From positions 31,036 through 95,035 of the forward strand of contig CAMAFX010000002.1 in assembly GCA_945833925.1 (NCBI GenBank): a stretch of DNA of 64,000 bases. The letters run 5' to 3'. The notes under the pieces are model-generated. The model was not told the DNA's origin. It saw only the letters and a program-made list of their open reading frames with translations, and ran no database searches. How positions within the stretch are numbered: the stretch's first letter is position 1; the number at the start of each line of letters is the position of its first letter. Source of the stretch: an uncultured Prevotellaceae bacterium. Lineage in GTDB: Bacteria > Bacteroidota > Bacteroidia > Bacteroidales > Bacteroidaceae. The translations under genes and the position numbers were made by a program. Positions 29,844 through 39,855 of this stretch are shown here, in pieces.

Positions 29844-31885
29844 TATCAATAGACAACCTTTCGGTCGAGTTTTCGGCACGTCCATTGTTCAGCGACGTCA
29901 GTTTCGTGGTCAACGACCGCGACCGCATAGCGCTGATGGGCAAGAACGGAGCCGGCAAGAGCACTATGCTCAAGATAATAGCCGGCCTGCAGCAGCCTAC
30001 GGGCGGAACGGTGTCGGTGCCTCGCGAAGCCACCATTGGCTATCTGCCTCAGGTGATGATTCTCAGCGACGGCAAGACCGTGCGCCAGGAGGCAGAGGGT
30101 GCCTTTGCCCACCTGCACGAGATGGAGAAGCAACTCGAGACACTCAACGACGAGATGCTCAGGCGCACCGACTATGAGAGTGCCGAGTACCTCGACCTGG
30201 TGGAGCGTTACACCCATCTGCACGAGCGTCTGCAGATGATGGGCGGACTGGACTATCAGGGCGAGCTGGAGCGTACGCTTCAGGGCCTCGGTTTCCAGCG
30301 CGATGATTTCGATCGTCCCACCAGCGAGTTTTCGGGAGGATGGCGCATGCGCATCGAACTTGCCAAACTCCTCCTGCAGCACCCCGACGTACTGCTTCTC
30401 GACGAGCCTACCAACCACCTCGACATCGAGTCCATACAGTGGCTGGAGCAGTTCCTGCAGTCGCGCAGCGGTGCCGTGCTCATGGTCAGCCACGACCGCG
30501 CGTTTGTCAACAACGTCACCAACCGCACGCTCGAGATTTCGTGTGGTAAGGTCTACGATTATAAGGTCAAGTACGACGAGTATCTGGTGCTTCGCCAGGA
30601 GCGACGCGAGCAGCAGTTGCGCGCATACGAGAACCAGCAGAAGGAGATAGCCGACATAAAAGCATTCATCGAGCGTTTCCGCTATCAGGCAACCAAGGCA
30701 GTACAGGTGCAGAGCCGCATCAAGCAGTTGGAGAAGATTGTTCCGATTGAGGTAGACGATGTCGACAACTCTGCCCTTCACCTCAAGTTTACGTGTTCCA
30801 TGCGCAGTGGCGACTATCCCGTCATCTGCGACGCAGTGGGCAAGACCTACGGCGAGCATAACGTGTTCCACGACGTGAACCTCACCATCGAGCGTGGCGA
30901 GAAGGTAGCCTTCGTCGGCAAGAACGGTGAGGGAAAGTCAACGCTGGTGAAGTGCATCATGGGAGAGATACCGTTCGACGGTTCGCTGAAGGTGGGTCAC
31001 AACGTGCAGATAGGCTATTTTGCACAGAACCAGGCACAGTTGCTCGATGGCGAGCAGACTGTCTTCGACACCATCGACCGTGTGGCACGTGGTGAGATAC
31101 GCACCAAGATACGCGACATCCTCGGTGCCTTTATGTTTGGCGGTGAGGCAAGCGACAAGAAGGTGAAGGTGCTCTCGGGCGGCGAGCGCACTCGTCTGGC
31201 AATGATAAAGTTGTTGCTCGAGCCGGTCAACCTGCTCATTCTCGACGAGCCCACCAACCATCTCGACCTTCGTTCCAAGGACGTGCTGAAGGAGGCTGTG
31301 CGCGATTTCGACGGTACGGTCATCATCGTCAGTCACGACCGCGACTTCCTGGACGGACTCGTCGACCGTGTCTATGAGTTCGGAGGCGGTGTCGTGCGCG
31401 AGTTCCTCGGCAGCAGTGTCAACACCGGCACACCATCGTCAGCCAAGAACATGGAGGGCGTGCAGCGCTCCATCATCTGGCAGTTTGTCGAGCAGTTCAA
31501 CCAGCGCGACGGCATGTCGTCGCGTCTTTCGGCGGCAGGCAGTCCGTCGGCTCAGAAGTCGGTAACGGCAGGTCAGAAGACCGTCTCCGGCGCCCAGGGT
31601 TGTGCTTCAGCCGCCGATGCCCAGCCAAAGGCAAGTGCCGGCGCCCTCTCCTACGAGGAGCAGAAGGCACTGGCACGCCAGCGCAAGAAACTGGAGAAGG
31701 CAGTGAGCGATGCCGAGGAGAAGGTGTCACAGCTTGAGTCTGCCGTCAAGATACTCGAAGCGCAGCTTGCCACCCCCGAGGGTGCTACTGACGCATCACT
31801 CTTCGAGAAGTATGGAAAACTGAAAGAGCAGCTCTCTCAGGCTGAGGACGAATGGGCAGAGGCTATGGAGGCTATGGAGCAATGA
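29840..31885 (+). CDS. ABC-F family ATPase (two ABC domains, no TM domain)
   Basis: 681 aa. Two Walker A motifs ([18 protein letters not shown]), two LSGG signatures and a C-terminal coiled-coil tail. Its start overlaps the hisS stop (ATGA). Confidence 0.9.
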   Translation: MISIDNLSVEFSARPLFSDVSFVVNDRDRIALMGKNGAGKSTMLKIIAGLQQPTGGTVSVPREATIGYLPQVMILSDGKTVRQEAEGAFAHLHEMEKQLETLNDEMLRRTDYESAEYLDLVERYTHLHERLQMMGGLDYQGELERTLQGLGFQRDDFDRPTSEFSGGWRMRIELAKLLLQHPDVLLLDEPTNHLDIESIQWLEQFLQSRSGAVLMVSHDRAFVNNVTNRTLEISCGKVYDYKVKYDEYLVLRQERREQQLRAYENQQKEIADIKAFIERFRYQATKAVQVQSRIKQLEKIVPIEVDDVDNSALHLKFTCSMRSGDYPVICDAVGKTYGEHNVFHDVNLTIERGEKVAFVGKNGEGKSTLVKCIMGEIPFDGSLKVGHNVQIGYFAQNQAQLLDGEQTVFDTIDRVARGEIRTKIRDILGAFMFGGEASDKKVKVLSGGERTRLAMIKLLLEPVNLLILDEPTNHLDLRSKDVLKEAVRDFDGTVIIVSHDRDFLDGLVDRVYEFGGGVVREFLGSSVNTGTPSSAKNMEGVQRSIIWQFVEQFNQRDGMSSRLSAAGSPSAQKSVTAGQKTVSGAQGCASAADAQPKASAGALSYEEQKALARQRKKLEKAVSDAEEKVSQLESAVKILEAQLATPEGATDASLFEKYGKLKEQLSQAEDEWAEAMEAMEQ

Positions 31886-34824
31886 GAAATATACTGTTAT
31901 CAATCTGCCTGCTTATGGCAGTAGTGACACGGGTGTCAGCACAGCATAGTGCTGAACGAGTGTCGGGACGCATGCAGACAACCGATCAGGTGCTGGCGTC
32001 CTACCAGCACTGGGCAGGCAACAACGGAGCGCTTTTCACCGGGCGTTTTGTTATGTTCAACTATCAGTCGGCGTGGGTGTCGCATCCATTCCTTGGCGAC
32101 GAGGACCTGCATCAGGGCAGGGTGTCGTTTCGCGGAGTGGTCTATTCCGACGTGTCGATGCGTTACGACTTGTACAATGACGAGTTGCAGGTGCTTACCC
32201 CTGCCACCAATCATCTTATCATTCCCGATCAGTTCGCCATCGATTGGTTCGAACTGGGCGGGAATCGCTATATCCGCACCTCGGGTGGTTTCTTCCGTCA
32301 GGACTATGGCGGCAGGAGCGTGTCGTTGCTGACCAGGGTTAGCAAAGTGCAAGGCAGCGACGTCTTTATCAACGACAAGGCATTCCACCAGTTCGAGCAG
32401 AAAGAGCGTTCTATGATTGTCACCCCTGCCGACACTGTCGAGGTGAAGAACCTGCGTGGCGTTAAGAAGGTGTTCCCACAGTACGCCAGCGAACTGACCG
32501 AATACGGCAGCAAGCACCAGTTGTCGTTCAAGAGTGGCAGGCGGGTGGAGAGCCTGAGGTCGCTGGCACGTTATGCCGACGGACTGCACTCTGCTTCGGT
32601 CGCTGCGCACCGTGGCGAATCATCGTCAGCATCCATGGTCTCAAAGAGCCGTCAGCACCAGCCTCTGGCAACGCGTACGGTTCCGGTTGATGCCGTCAGC
32701 ACCGACTCGCTGCCTCAGTATTATGCATCCCTCTACGATGTCTATCGCGAGGGCAGCACCATGAAGGTGGAGGTGAATGACGACGAGAAGCAGGACGAAG
32801 GCGCGGGCGACGTGTTCCGCGACATCAATGTTCAGAAGGAGGACCGCGTGCTCGACGAGGTTGTCATAGTATCGTTCCACTCCAAGGTCAACATGCTGCA
32901 GACCGGTGCCGAGAAGTTCCGTCCGTCAATGCTTCGCACCATGCCAATGTCCATGGGCGAGGCAGACGTCATGAAGATGGTGCAGACACTGCCCGGAGTC
33001 AGCAGCGTGGGCGAGGCGAGCAGCGGTTTCAACGTGCGTGGCGGAGCCAGCGACCAGAACCTCATGCTGCTTGGCAGCAACACCATCTACAACCCCATGC
33101 ACATGTTCGGACTCTTCTCGGTCATCAACACCGACGCTCTTGGCGAGGTGGAGCTCTACAAGAGCAGCGTGCCGAGCCAGTACGGCGGTCGCGTGTCGTC
33201 GGTGATGAAGATGAACAACCGTGTGGGCGACAAGCAGAAGTGGAACGGCTCTGCCAGTCTGGGACTCCTCACGAGCAAGGCGATGCTCGACATACCCATC
33301 GTCAAGAACAAACTCTCGCTCATGCTGGCAGGACGCACCACCTACAGCGACTGGATGCTGAAACTTCTGCCCGAGAAGAACGAGTACCGCGACGGACAGG
33401 CAGGCTTCTACGACCTGAATGCCGGTTTGTCGTGGAATGTCAACACCCGACATATCGTCAACCTGAACGGTTACTACAGTCACGACCGCTTCTCGTTCAC
33501 ACCCGATGACAAGTACGCCTATGCCAACGGCAACGGTTCGCTCGAGTGGAAGGGCTACTGGAACGACCGCTTCTCGACCACCCTGCAGGCAGGCTTTGAC
33601 CACTACGACTACCAGAACGACGACAGCAAGAACGAATACCGCGAGGCGCGACTCACCTTCGGCATCAGCCAGGCTTTCCTCAAGGGACTGTTCAGCCTGC
33701 GCACAGGCGACAGGAACACGCTGCGATGGGGTTGGGACGGACTGTCATACATGCTGCAACCAGGCATCTATGAGCCTCTTGGCGAATGGTCGGCAGTGCG
33801 GCGCGACGAACTGGAGAAGCAGAACGCCATGCAGATGGCAGTCTTTGCCGAGGACGAGTGGAAGCCAAGCGACAAGTGGAGCGTTACTGCCGGTGCGCGC
33901 TACACCATATATCATGCCATGCAAGAGGGCAGGCAGAAGACCTACCAGGCTCCCGAGTTACGCATTGCCGGCGCCTACTTCCTGCCCCATCACCAGTCGC
34001 TGAAGGTTGGATTCGGCAACATGACACAGTTCATCCACAAGGTCAGCAACACCGTCATCATGTCGCCCACCGACACGTGGGCGCTCAGCAACAGCGACAT
34101 ACGTCCGCAGCGCGGATGGCAGGCAACAGCAGGCTACTACTGGCGCTCTGAGAACAGCGTCTACGAGATATCGCTTGAGACCTACATCAAGCGCATGCAG
34201 CATTACCCCACCTATGGCAATGCGGCTCAGCTCGTCATGAACCACAACCTGCCTGCCGACCTGATAGACGCGCAGGGCAAGGCGTACGGAGTGGAACTGC
34301 AACTGAAGAAGACCACCGGCCGACTGACCGGCTGGATAAGTTATGCCTATGCTCGCACCTTCCTGCGCCAGAACGACAAGTCGGTGGCGTGGAGGGTAAA
34401 CGACGGCAAGTGGTATCCTGCCGACTTCGACCATCCGCACGAGCTTAATCTGGTGAGCAACTTCAAGTTCACCAAGCGTTACAGCATGTCGCTCAACATC
34501 GACTACAGCACAGGACACCCCACCACCATACCCGTGGGCAGCTACTACGACGAGAAGCGCCACGAGTATCTGCCTTACTACAGCGAGCGCAACGGCTACC
34601 GCATGCCCGACAACTTCAGGATGGACATCTCCTTCAACATAGCCCCGACACACCACATCACCAGCGCCACACACAGCTGGTTCTCGATAGGATGCTACAA
34701 CGTCACCGCCCATCACAACGTATACTCCATCTACTACGAGATGAAGAACCGCGTGCCGCAGGGCTACAAGTTGTCCATCTTCGGAGCGCCAATCCCTTAC
34801 ATTTCGTACAACATCAAGTTCTGA
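31882..34824 (+). CDS. TonB-dependent outer-membrane receptor with ~300-aa N-terminal extension
   Basis: Start taken at [21 protein letters not shown] (signal peptide), which overlaps the ABC-F stop (ATGA). The plug region reads ...GEADVMKMVQTLPGVSSVGEASSGFNVRGGASDQN...ELYKSSVPSQYGG. The C-terminus is aromatic (...YNIKF). Confidence 0.85.
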   Translation: MRNILLSICLLMAVVTRVSAQHSAERVSGRMQTTDQVLASYQHWAGNNGALFTGRFVMFNYQSAWVSHPFLGDEDLHQGRVSFRGVVYSDVSMRYDLYNDELQVLTPATNHLIIPDQFAIDWFELGGNRYIRTSGGFFRQDYGGRSVSLLTRVSKVQGSDVFINDKAFHQFEQKERSMIVTPADTVEVKNLRGVKKVFPQYASELTEYGSKHQLSFKSGRRVESLRSLARYADGLHSASVAAHRGESSSASMVSKSRQHQPLATRTVPVDAVSTDSLPQYYASLYDVYREGSTMKVEVNDDEKQDEGAGDVFRDINVQKEDRVLDEVVIVSFHSKVNMLQTGAEKFRPSMLRTMPMSMGEADVMKMVQTLPGVSSVGEASSGFNVRGGASDQNLMLLGSNTIYNPMHMFGLFSVINTDALGEVELYKSSVPSQYGGRVSSVMKMNNRVGDKQKWNGSASLGLLTSKAMLDIPIVKNKLSLMLAGRTTYSDWMLKLLPEKNEYRDGQAGFYDLNAGLSWNVNTRHIVNLNGYYSHDRFSFTPDDKYAYANGNGSLEWKGYWNDRFSTTLQAGFDHYDYQNDDSKNEYREARLTFGISQAFLKGLFSLRTGDRNTLRWGWDGLSYMLQPGIYEPLGEWSAVRRDELEKQNAMQMAVFAEDEWKPSDKWSVTAGARYTIYHAMQEGRQKTYQAPELRIAGAYFLPHHQSLKVGFGNMTQFIHKVSNTVIMSPTDTWALSNSDIRPQRGWQATAGYYWRSENSVYEISLETYIKRMQHYPTYGNAAQLVMNHNLPADLIDAQGKAYGVELQLKKTTGRLTGWISYAYARTFLRQNDKSVAWRVNDGKWYPADFDHPHELNLVSNFKFTKRYSMSLNIDYSTGHPTTIPVGSYYDEKRHEYLPYYSERNGYRMPDNFRMDISFNIAPTHHITSATHSWFSIGCYNVTAHHNVYSIYYEMKNRVPQGYKLSIFGAPIPYISYNIKF

Positions 34825-34831
34825 TAAGACT

Positions 34832-35980
34832 ATGAAACGATACCTATTATATAATATAATAATGTGTATGCTGCTGGGCTCCCTGTCTTCGTGCATCGAG
34901 TATTTCGAGCCTGAAATACCTGCCGACGAGAGCGCAATGCTGGTCGTCAACGGCAGCATCAGGTCGGGCGAGAAGTCGGTATTCGTACTGTCGCGCACCG
35001 TAACACTTGGCGAGAAGGTGCCCGACCCCTACGTCCATGATGCCACGGTGGCGGTGTGCGGCACCGATGGCATGCGCTACAAGGCAAAGCAAAATGGCAA
35101 TAAGTACGAGGTGTGGGTGGGACGTCTCGCCTCCAACGAACAGTACTGGGTCGAGATAGTCACTCCCGACGGCGCGGCATACAGCAGCGAACCGATGTCA
35201 CCCGTCGACGCTCCCGACATGGTGGGGCACTACAGTCAGCTCGGCAAGAATTCGCCCGTAGAATTCACCATTGACACATATCCTACCGACGAACCTACGT
35301 ACGTTTCCCTCAACTACGACGAGACGTGGGAGGTGAAGACGCCCTACATTCCCACTCACGAGTATTACCCAAGGGAGAAAAAGATATTCGCAACCGCAAA
35401 GCCTCATGTGCGCGGCTGGGGAATGTCGGAAAGCACTGCCACCATCATTGAACCGACGAGCAAGTATGTAAACCACAGCATAAAGGGATACAAGATTCAC
35501 GAGGTGTCCAGCTACGACACGCGCATCTACCTTCTGTACCGCATCCGTATGTATGTTGAAGCTGTTTCGAAGGAAGAGTACGAATACGAGGAGGCAAGGC
35601 GCAAGCAGACCGACGAGATGGGCGGACTCTTCACGCCCCAGCCCACGCAGCTGCCCTCGAACATCCATTCTGTCAATTCCGACCGCAAGGCAATCGGCTA
35701 CGTGGGTGTGCGTGGCAAGATTTCCAGCTACACGATTATGCTGACGCGCAAGGAAGTGGAGTACAACGAGGTGCGCAAGATGGAGATACTCTCTCCAGGC
35801 GAAATAAAGAAACTCGGTTACAACAATGCCATGTTGCACGACCTCGACTACAGCGTGCTCGATTTCGACGTCATGGCAAACGGATACAATTGGATTTCGA
35901 CGTGGGCAGTCGACTGCCGACACTACACCTGGAAGACGCAGACCGAGACAATGCCCGACGACTGGCCAGACCTCTACTGA
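34832..35980 (+). CDS. DUF4249-family lipoprotein (usual partner of this TonB-dependent receptor class)
   Basis: 382 aa. Lipobox LLGSLSSC. Its position directly after the receptor and its size fit, but family membership is judged by context and by eye. Confidence 0.6.
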   Translation: MKRYLLYNIIMCMLLGSLSSCIEYFEPEIPADESAMLVVNGSIRSGEKSVFVLSRTVTLGEKVPDPYVHDATVAVCGTDGMRYKAKQNGNKYEVWVGRLASNEQYWVEIVTPDGAAYSSEPMSPVDAPDMVGHYSQLGKNSPVEFTIDTYPTDEPTYVSLNYDETWEVKTPYIPTHEYYPREKKIFATAKPHVRGWGMSESTATIIEPTSKYVNHSIKGYKIHEVSSYDTRIYLLYRIRMYVEAVSKEEYEYEEARRKQTDEMGGLFTPQPTQLPSNIHSVNSDRKAIGYVGVRGKISSYTIMLTRKEVEYNEVRKMEILSPGEIKKLGYNNAMLHDLDYSVLDFDVMANGYNWISTWAVDCRHYTWKTQTETMPDDWPDLY

Positions 35981-36014
35981 TGTTAGCAGGATAGCAAGCC
36001 GACAAACGGCAGAT

Positions 36015-36099
36015 AGCAAATCGTAGATTGTAAACAGAAAGCAGTAAATCGACCGACGGTAAATCGTAAATGATAAATCGTAAATAGCAAATTGTAAAT
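36015..36099 (+). repeat. cluster of ~5 AAATCGTA(A/G)AT-like direct repeats immediately upstream of the ORF at 36098
   Basis: Read directly: gcAAATCGTAGATTGTAAAc ... gtAAATCGacc ... gtAAATCGTAAATgatAAATCGTAAATagcAAATTGTAAATg. Confidence 0.8.
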
Positions 36100-37705
36100 G
36101 TTGAAGATGAGAAAGATACTATATGTTCTACTGATAGCCTTGATGCAGTGTCTCGACGCGTCGGCACAGTTTGCCGAGAGCATCACCGCCTTCACCGACA
36201 AGGACTGCTATGCCGCAGGCGAACGCATACAGGTCAGTGTGGCGGTGCAGGACGCAGCCGGCTCCATGTCCGACCTCAGCAAGGTGGCTTATGTCGAGCT
36301 GTGCGACGCACGCTCTATGGTGGCACACGCCATGGTTCAGCTCTCCGACGGACGAGGATGGGCAAGCATGACGCTGCCATCCACCATGCACAGTGGTTTC
36401 TATCAGCTCACCGCCTACACAAGCAATATGCGCAACATCGGTACGAGTGTCTTCCACCGCTCGTTGGTGGGAGTGGTCAACACGTTCAGCCTCTCTTCGC
36501 GCGACAATGTTAAGTTCGTAGCTCCAAAGCCAAAGGAAATGGTCATCCGACAGACGTACAACGCAGGGCAGAAGGTACACGTGTCGCTGCCCAAGGACTC
36601 GTGCCTTGCCATACGCACACTCTCCGTTGTCAGTCATCCGCTGGGCATCACCATGTACGACGCACCCGAACCCGACGCTGCGTCTGATGTTGCAGACAGT
36701 GCTGCGTCAGGCATGACGGCTGACGGTGGTACAGTCTCAGTTTCGCACGACGAGCCGTTCTTCATGCCCGAGCTGGAGGGACACATCGTCAGGACCATGG
36801 ATGCCTCGGGCAGCGTGGTAAGCACCCGTCTCTCGGGTGTGGGCAAGGGTCTGTACATCTTCGACGGCAAGCCCGACGGCGACGGCAACTGGAGTTATAT
36901 AACACACAGTCTCAACGGCAGTCTGCCCATTGTGCTCAACGGTTACGATGCCTCTGGCGCACCGGTCAGGATGCAGCCTCTCTCGCCCTACGCGCAGGTT
37001 ATGCCGCGTGCCTTGCCTCTGCTCGAGGTGGGATGCACCGAGGCAGAACTGAAGAAGCGTGGTGCGTGTGCGCAGAACGAGATGGCACTGCAACTGAGCG
37101 TCAAGGCAGACACCTTGAAGCACGTCGAGACGTTCCTCTCTCGCGACCCCGATTATTCGTACGACGTCACCGAGTACACTGGTTTCAGTACCATACGCGA
37201 GGCTCTGCTCGAGTATGTCAAGGGCGTCAGCCGTCGCAAGATGGAGGGTCGCAACTGTCTCTTCGTTTCCTTGACCGAGGAAAAGGGCTACTCGAGGTTC
37301 CCGGCACTCGTACTGCTCGACGGCATGCCCGTCTACGATGTCGAGGAGGTGCTGGCATACGATGCGCGTTACCTCAACTACATACAGGTCTACGGCGGCA
37401 GCTACACCTTCGGCAGCACCACCTGCCACGGCGTCATATCCTTCATCACCAAGAAGGGACTGCTCAGCAACTACAAGCTCGATGCCGGCACACGACTCGT
37501 GCGCTACGACTTCCCGCAGAACCGTCCTTCGCTCACCCTTCCGCAGGGCAAGTCCGTCAGCACGGTCTACTGGAATCCCCTTGTCGATGCACTAAGTGTC
37601 GACTTCCCGGCACCCACGCAGCCTGGCATCTATCAGGTAGTACTGCGCGGTGTGGACACACGCGGCAACACATTCACCACCAGCTCCAAACTGGAGGTGA
37701 AGTAG
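36098..37705 (+). CDS. secreted hypothetical protein with MG2-like N-terminal domain and receptor-plug-like C-terminal region, no beta-barrel
   Basis: 535 aa. Signal peptide MRKILYVLLIALMQCLDASAQ. FTDKDCYAAGERIQVSV...GFYQLTAYT resembles macroglobulin MG2. ...FPALVLLDGMPVYDVEEVLAYDARYLNYIQVYGG...GVISFITKKG resembles a TonB-dependent receptor plug. Confidence 0.55.
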   Translation: MLKMRKILYVLLIALMQCLDASAQFAESITAFTDKDCYAAGERIQVSVAVQDAAGSMSDLSKVAYVELCDARSMVAHAMVQLSDGRGWASMTLPSTMHSGFYQLTAYTSNMRNIGTSVFHRSLVGVVNTFSLSSRDNVKFVAPKPKEMVIRQTYNAGQKVHVSLPKDSCLAIRTLSVVSHPLGITMYDAPEPDAASDVADSAASGMTADGGTVSVSHDEPFFMPELEGHIVRTMDASGSVVSTRLSGVGKGLYIFDGKPDGDGNWSYITHSLNGSLPIVLNGYDASGAPVRMQPLSPYAQVMPRALPLLEVGCTEAELKKRGACAQNEMALQLSVKADTLKHVETFLSRDPDYSYDVTEYTGFSTIREALLEYVKGVSRRKMEGRNCLFVSLTEEKGYSRFPALVLLDGMPVYDVEEVLAYDARYLNYIQVYGGSYTFGSTTCHGVISFITKKGLLSNYKLDAGTRLVRYDFPQNRPSLTLPQGKSVSTVYWNPLVDALSVDFPAPTQPGIYQVVLRGVDTRGNTFTTSSKLEVK

Positions 37706-37787
37706 AAGAGGTTCCCGAAGCCTCGACACCTCGACACCTCGAGTAATCGCCTTCAACAAGCAACAACAACTCAACAATAAAACAACA

Positions 37788-39827
37788 ATGAAGAAATTAG
37801 TATTTGCAAGTATGATTGGTGCTCTCACCGCGTGCGGTGGCGGCACACAGTTGTCATCAGGACTCGACATGGCGAACATGGACACAACAGTGGCTCCTGG
37901 TGCAGACTTTTACGAGTATGCCACGGCTGGTTGGCAGAAGAACCATCCCCTTACTGCCGAGTATTCGCGTTACGGCAGTTTCGACATTCTTCAGGAGAAC
38001 AGCCTGAAGCAGTTGCAACTCATCATCGACAGCGTGTCGCAGATGAAGAATGTCGACGGCAGCATTGAGCAGAAGATTGCCGACATGTACAACAGTGCCA
38101 TGGACAGCGCGGCACTGCAGAGCGATGCCACCAAGGAGTCGCTCCGCAAGTTCCTCGGTCTGGAGTCGTACACTCTCAGCGGTGATGCCGAGGCATGGCT
38201 CGGCGAGGTGTGGCCGCGTATGCAGCGTCAGGGTGTGAGCGGCCTGTTCGACATGTATATCGGTGCCGACGAGAAGGATGCCAAGAACAACATCATCATG
38301 CTCTTGCAGGGCGGACTCACAATGGGTCAGAAGGAGTACTACCTCGACAACGACGAGGCGACAGCGCAGATTCGCGAGGGCTATCGCAAGTATGTCGTTG
38401 CTCTCTGCCAGCATGTCGGTTTCAGCGAGGCTGACGCCAAGGCTGTCCTTGCCGACGTGATGCGTGTAGAGACACGTCTTGCACAGGCAAGCCGCAGCAT
38501 GACGGAACTGCGCGACCCCGAGGCAAACTATAACAAGATGAGTTACGACGAACTGAAGGCTGCCACACCGGGCATCGACTGGGACACATTCTTCAAGAAC
38601 GTAGGCATAAGCGGCGTGAAGCAGGTGGTGGCTGGTCAGCCCGCTGCCATTGCCGAGGCTGGCAAGGTGCTTGCCGAGGAGAAGCCCGCTGCACTCCGCA
38701 ACGTGTTCCTGTGGCATGCCATCGACTTCGCATCAAGCTATATCGACGATGAGGCTCGTGCGCTGAACTTCGACTTCTGGGGCAAGACTCTCTCGGGCAA
38801 GCAGGAGGACCGTCCACGCTGGAAGCGTGCCGTGGAGAGCGTAGACGACAATCTGGGCGAGGCACTCGGTCAGCTCTATGTGGCACGTTTCTTCCCACCC
38901 GAGGCTAAGGAGCGCATGGAGAAGCTCGTAGCCAACCTGCAGGTGGCACTGGGCGAGCGCATCGACGTTCAGGAGTGGATGACCGACGAGACCAAGCAGG
39001 TGGCTCATGACAAACTGGATGCCTTCTACGTGAAGGTGGGCTATCCCAACAAGTGGAAGGACTACAGCACGCTGAAGATTGGCAAGAACTATCTTGAGAA
39101 CATCCTGGCATGCAACGAGTGGGGACTGAAGGACATGATTGCAAGTCACTACAACAAGCCTGTCGACAAGGACGAGTGGTTTATGACTCCTCAGACCGTC
39201 AACGCATACTACAACCCCACTACCAACGAGATATGCTTCCCTGCAGGCATCCTGCAGCCTCCTTTCTTCGATATGCAGGCTGACGATGCGTTCAACTACG
39301 GTGCCATCGGTGTTGTCATCGGTCACGAGATGACTCACGGATTTGATGACCAGGGTGCCAAGTACGACAAGGAGGGTAACCTGCGCGAGTGGTGGAAGCC
39401 AGAGGATACAAAGCGCTTCACTGAGCGCATACAGGTTATGCGCGAGTTCCACGACAGCATCTACGTCCTGCCCGACCTCCACGCCAACGGTTCGTTCACA
39501 CTTGGCGAGAACATGGCAGACCATGGTGGCCTTATGGTGGCATTCCAGGCTTTCCAGAACGCCAATGCCGAGATGAACGTCTTCAGCGACGACGTCAAGG
39601 ACGGTTTCACTGCTGCACAGCGCTTCTTCCTGGCTTACTCAAATGTATGGGCGCAGAACATCCGCGAGGCTGAGATACGCCGCCGCGTCAAGAGCGACCC
39701 ACACGCGTTGGGCAAGTGGCGTGTCAACGGCCAGCTGCCTCACATCGATGCGTGGTACGAGGCATTCCACATTACCGAGAGCGACCCAATGTTCGTGCCT
39801 AAGGCAAAGCGTGTCACTATCTGGTAG
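37788..39827 (+). CDS. pepO: M13 family zinc endopeptidase (PepO / neprilysin-like) lipoprotein
   Basis: 679 aa. Lipobox GALTACGG, zinc motif VIGHEMTHGFD and a downstream ENMADHGG motif. Confidence 0.9.
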   Translation: MKKLVFASMIGALTACGGGTQLSSGLDMANMDTTVAPGADFYEYATAGWQKNHPLTAEYSRYGSFDILQENSLKQLQLIIDSVSQMKNVDGSIEQKIADMYNSAMDSAALQSDATKESLRKFLGLESYTLSGDAEAWLGEVWPRMQRQGVSGLFDMYIGADEKDAKNNIIMLLQGGLTMGQKEYYLDNDEATAQIREGYRKYVVALCQHVGFSEADAKAVLADVMRVETRLAQASRSMTELRDPEANYNKMSYDELKAATPGIDWDTFFKNVGISGVKQVVAGQPAAIAEAGKVLAEEKPAALRNVFLWHAIDFASSYIDDEARALNFDFWGKTLSGKQEDRPRWKRAVESVDDNLGEALGQLYVARFFPPEAKERMEKLVANLQVALGERIDVQEWMTDETKQVAHDKLDAFYVKVGYPNKWKDYSTLKIGKNYLENILACNEWGLKDMIASHYNKPVDKDEWFMTPQTVNAYYNPTTNEICFPAGILQPPFFDMQADDAFNYGAIGVVIGHEMTHGFDDQGAKYDKEGNLREWWKPEDTKRFTERIQVMREFHDSIYVLPDLHANGSFTLGENMADHGGLMVAFQAFQNANAEMNVFSDDVKDGFTAAQRFFLAYSNVWAQNIREAEIRRRVKSDPHALGKWRVNGQLPHIDAWYEAFHITESDPMFVPKAKRVTIW

Positions 39828-39855
39828 TAGAAATTTAAACTCAATAAGCCTGCTT

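Noticed and set aside
39643-39855. N-terminal extension of the CCA-like ORF (ORF track start at 39643).
   Set aside because: It would overlap the last 185 nt of pepO in another frame, and the extension (MYGRRTSARLRYAAASRATHTRW...) is Arg/Ala-rich shadow sequence. The conserved protein starts at MNLDLT (39856).
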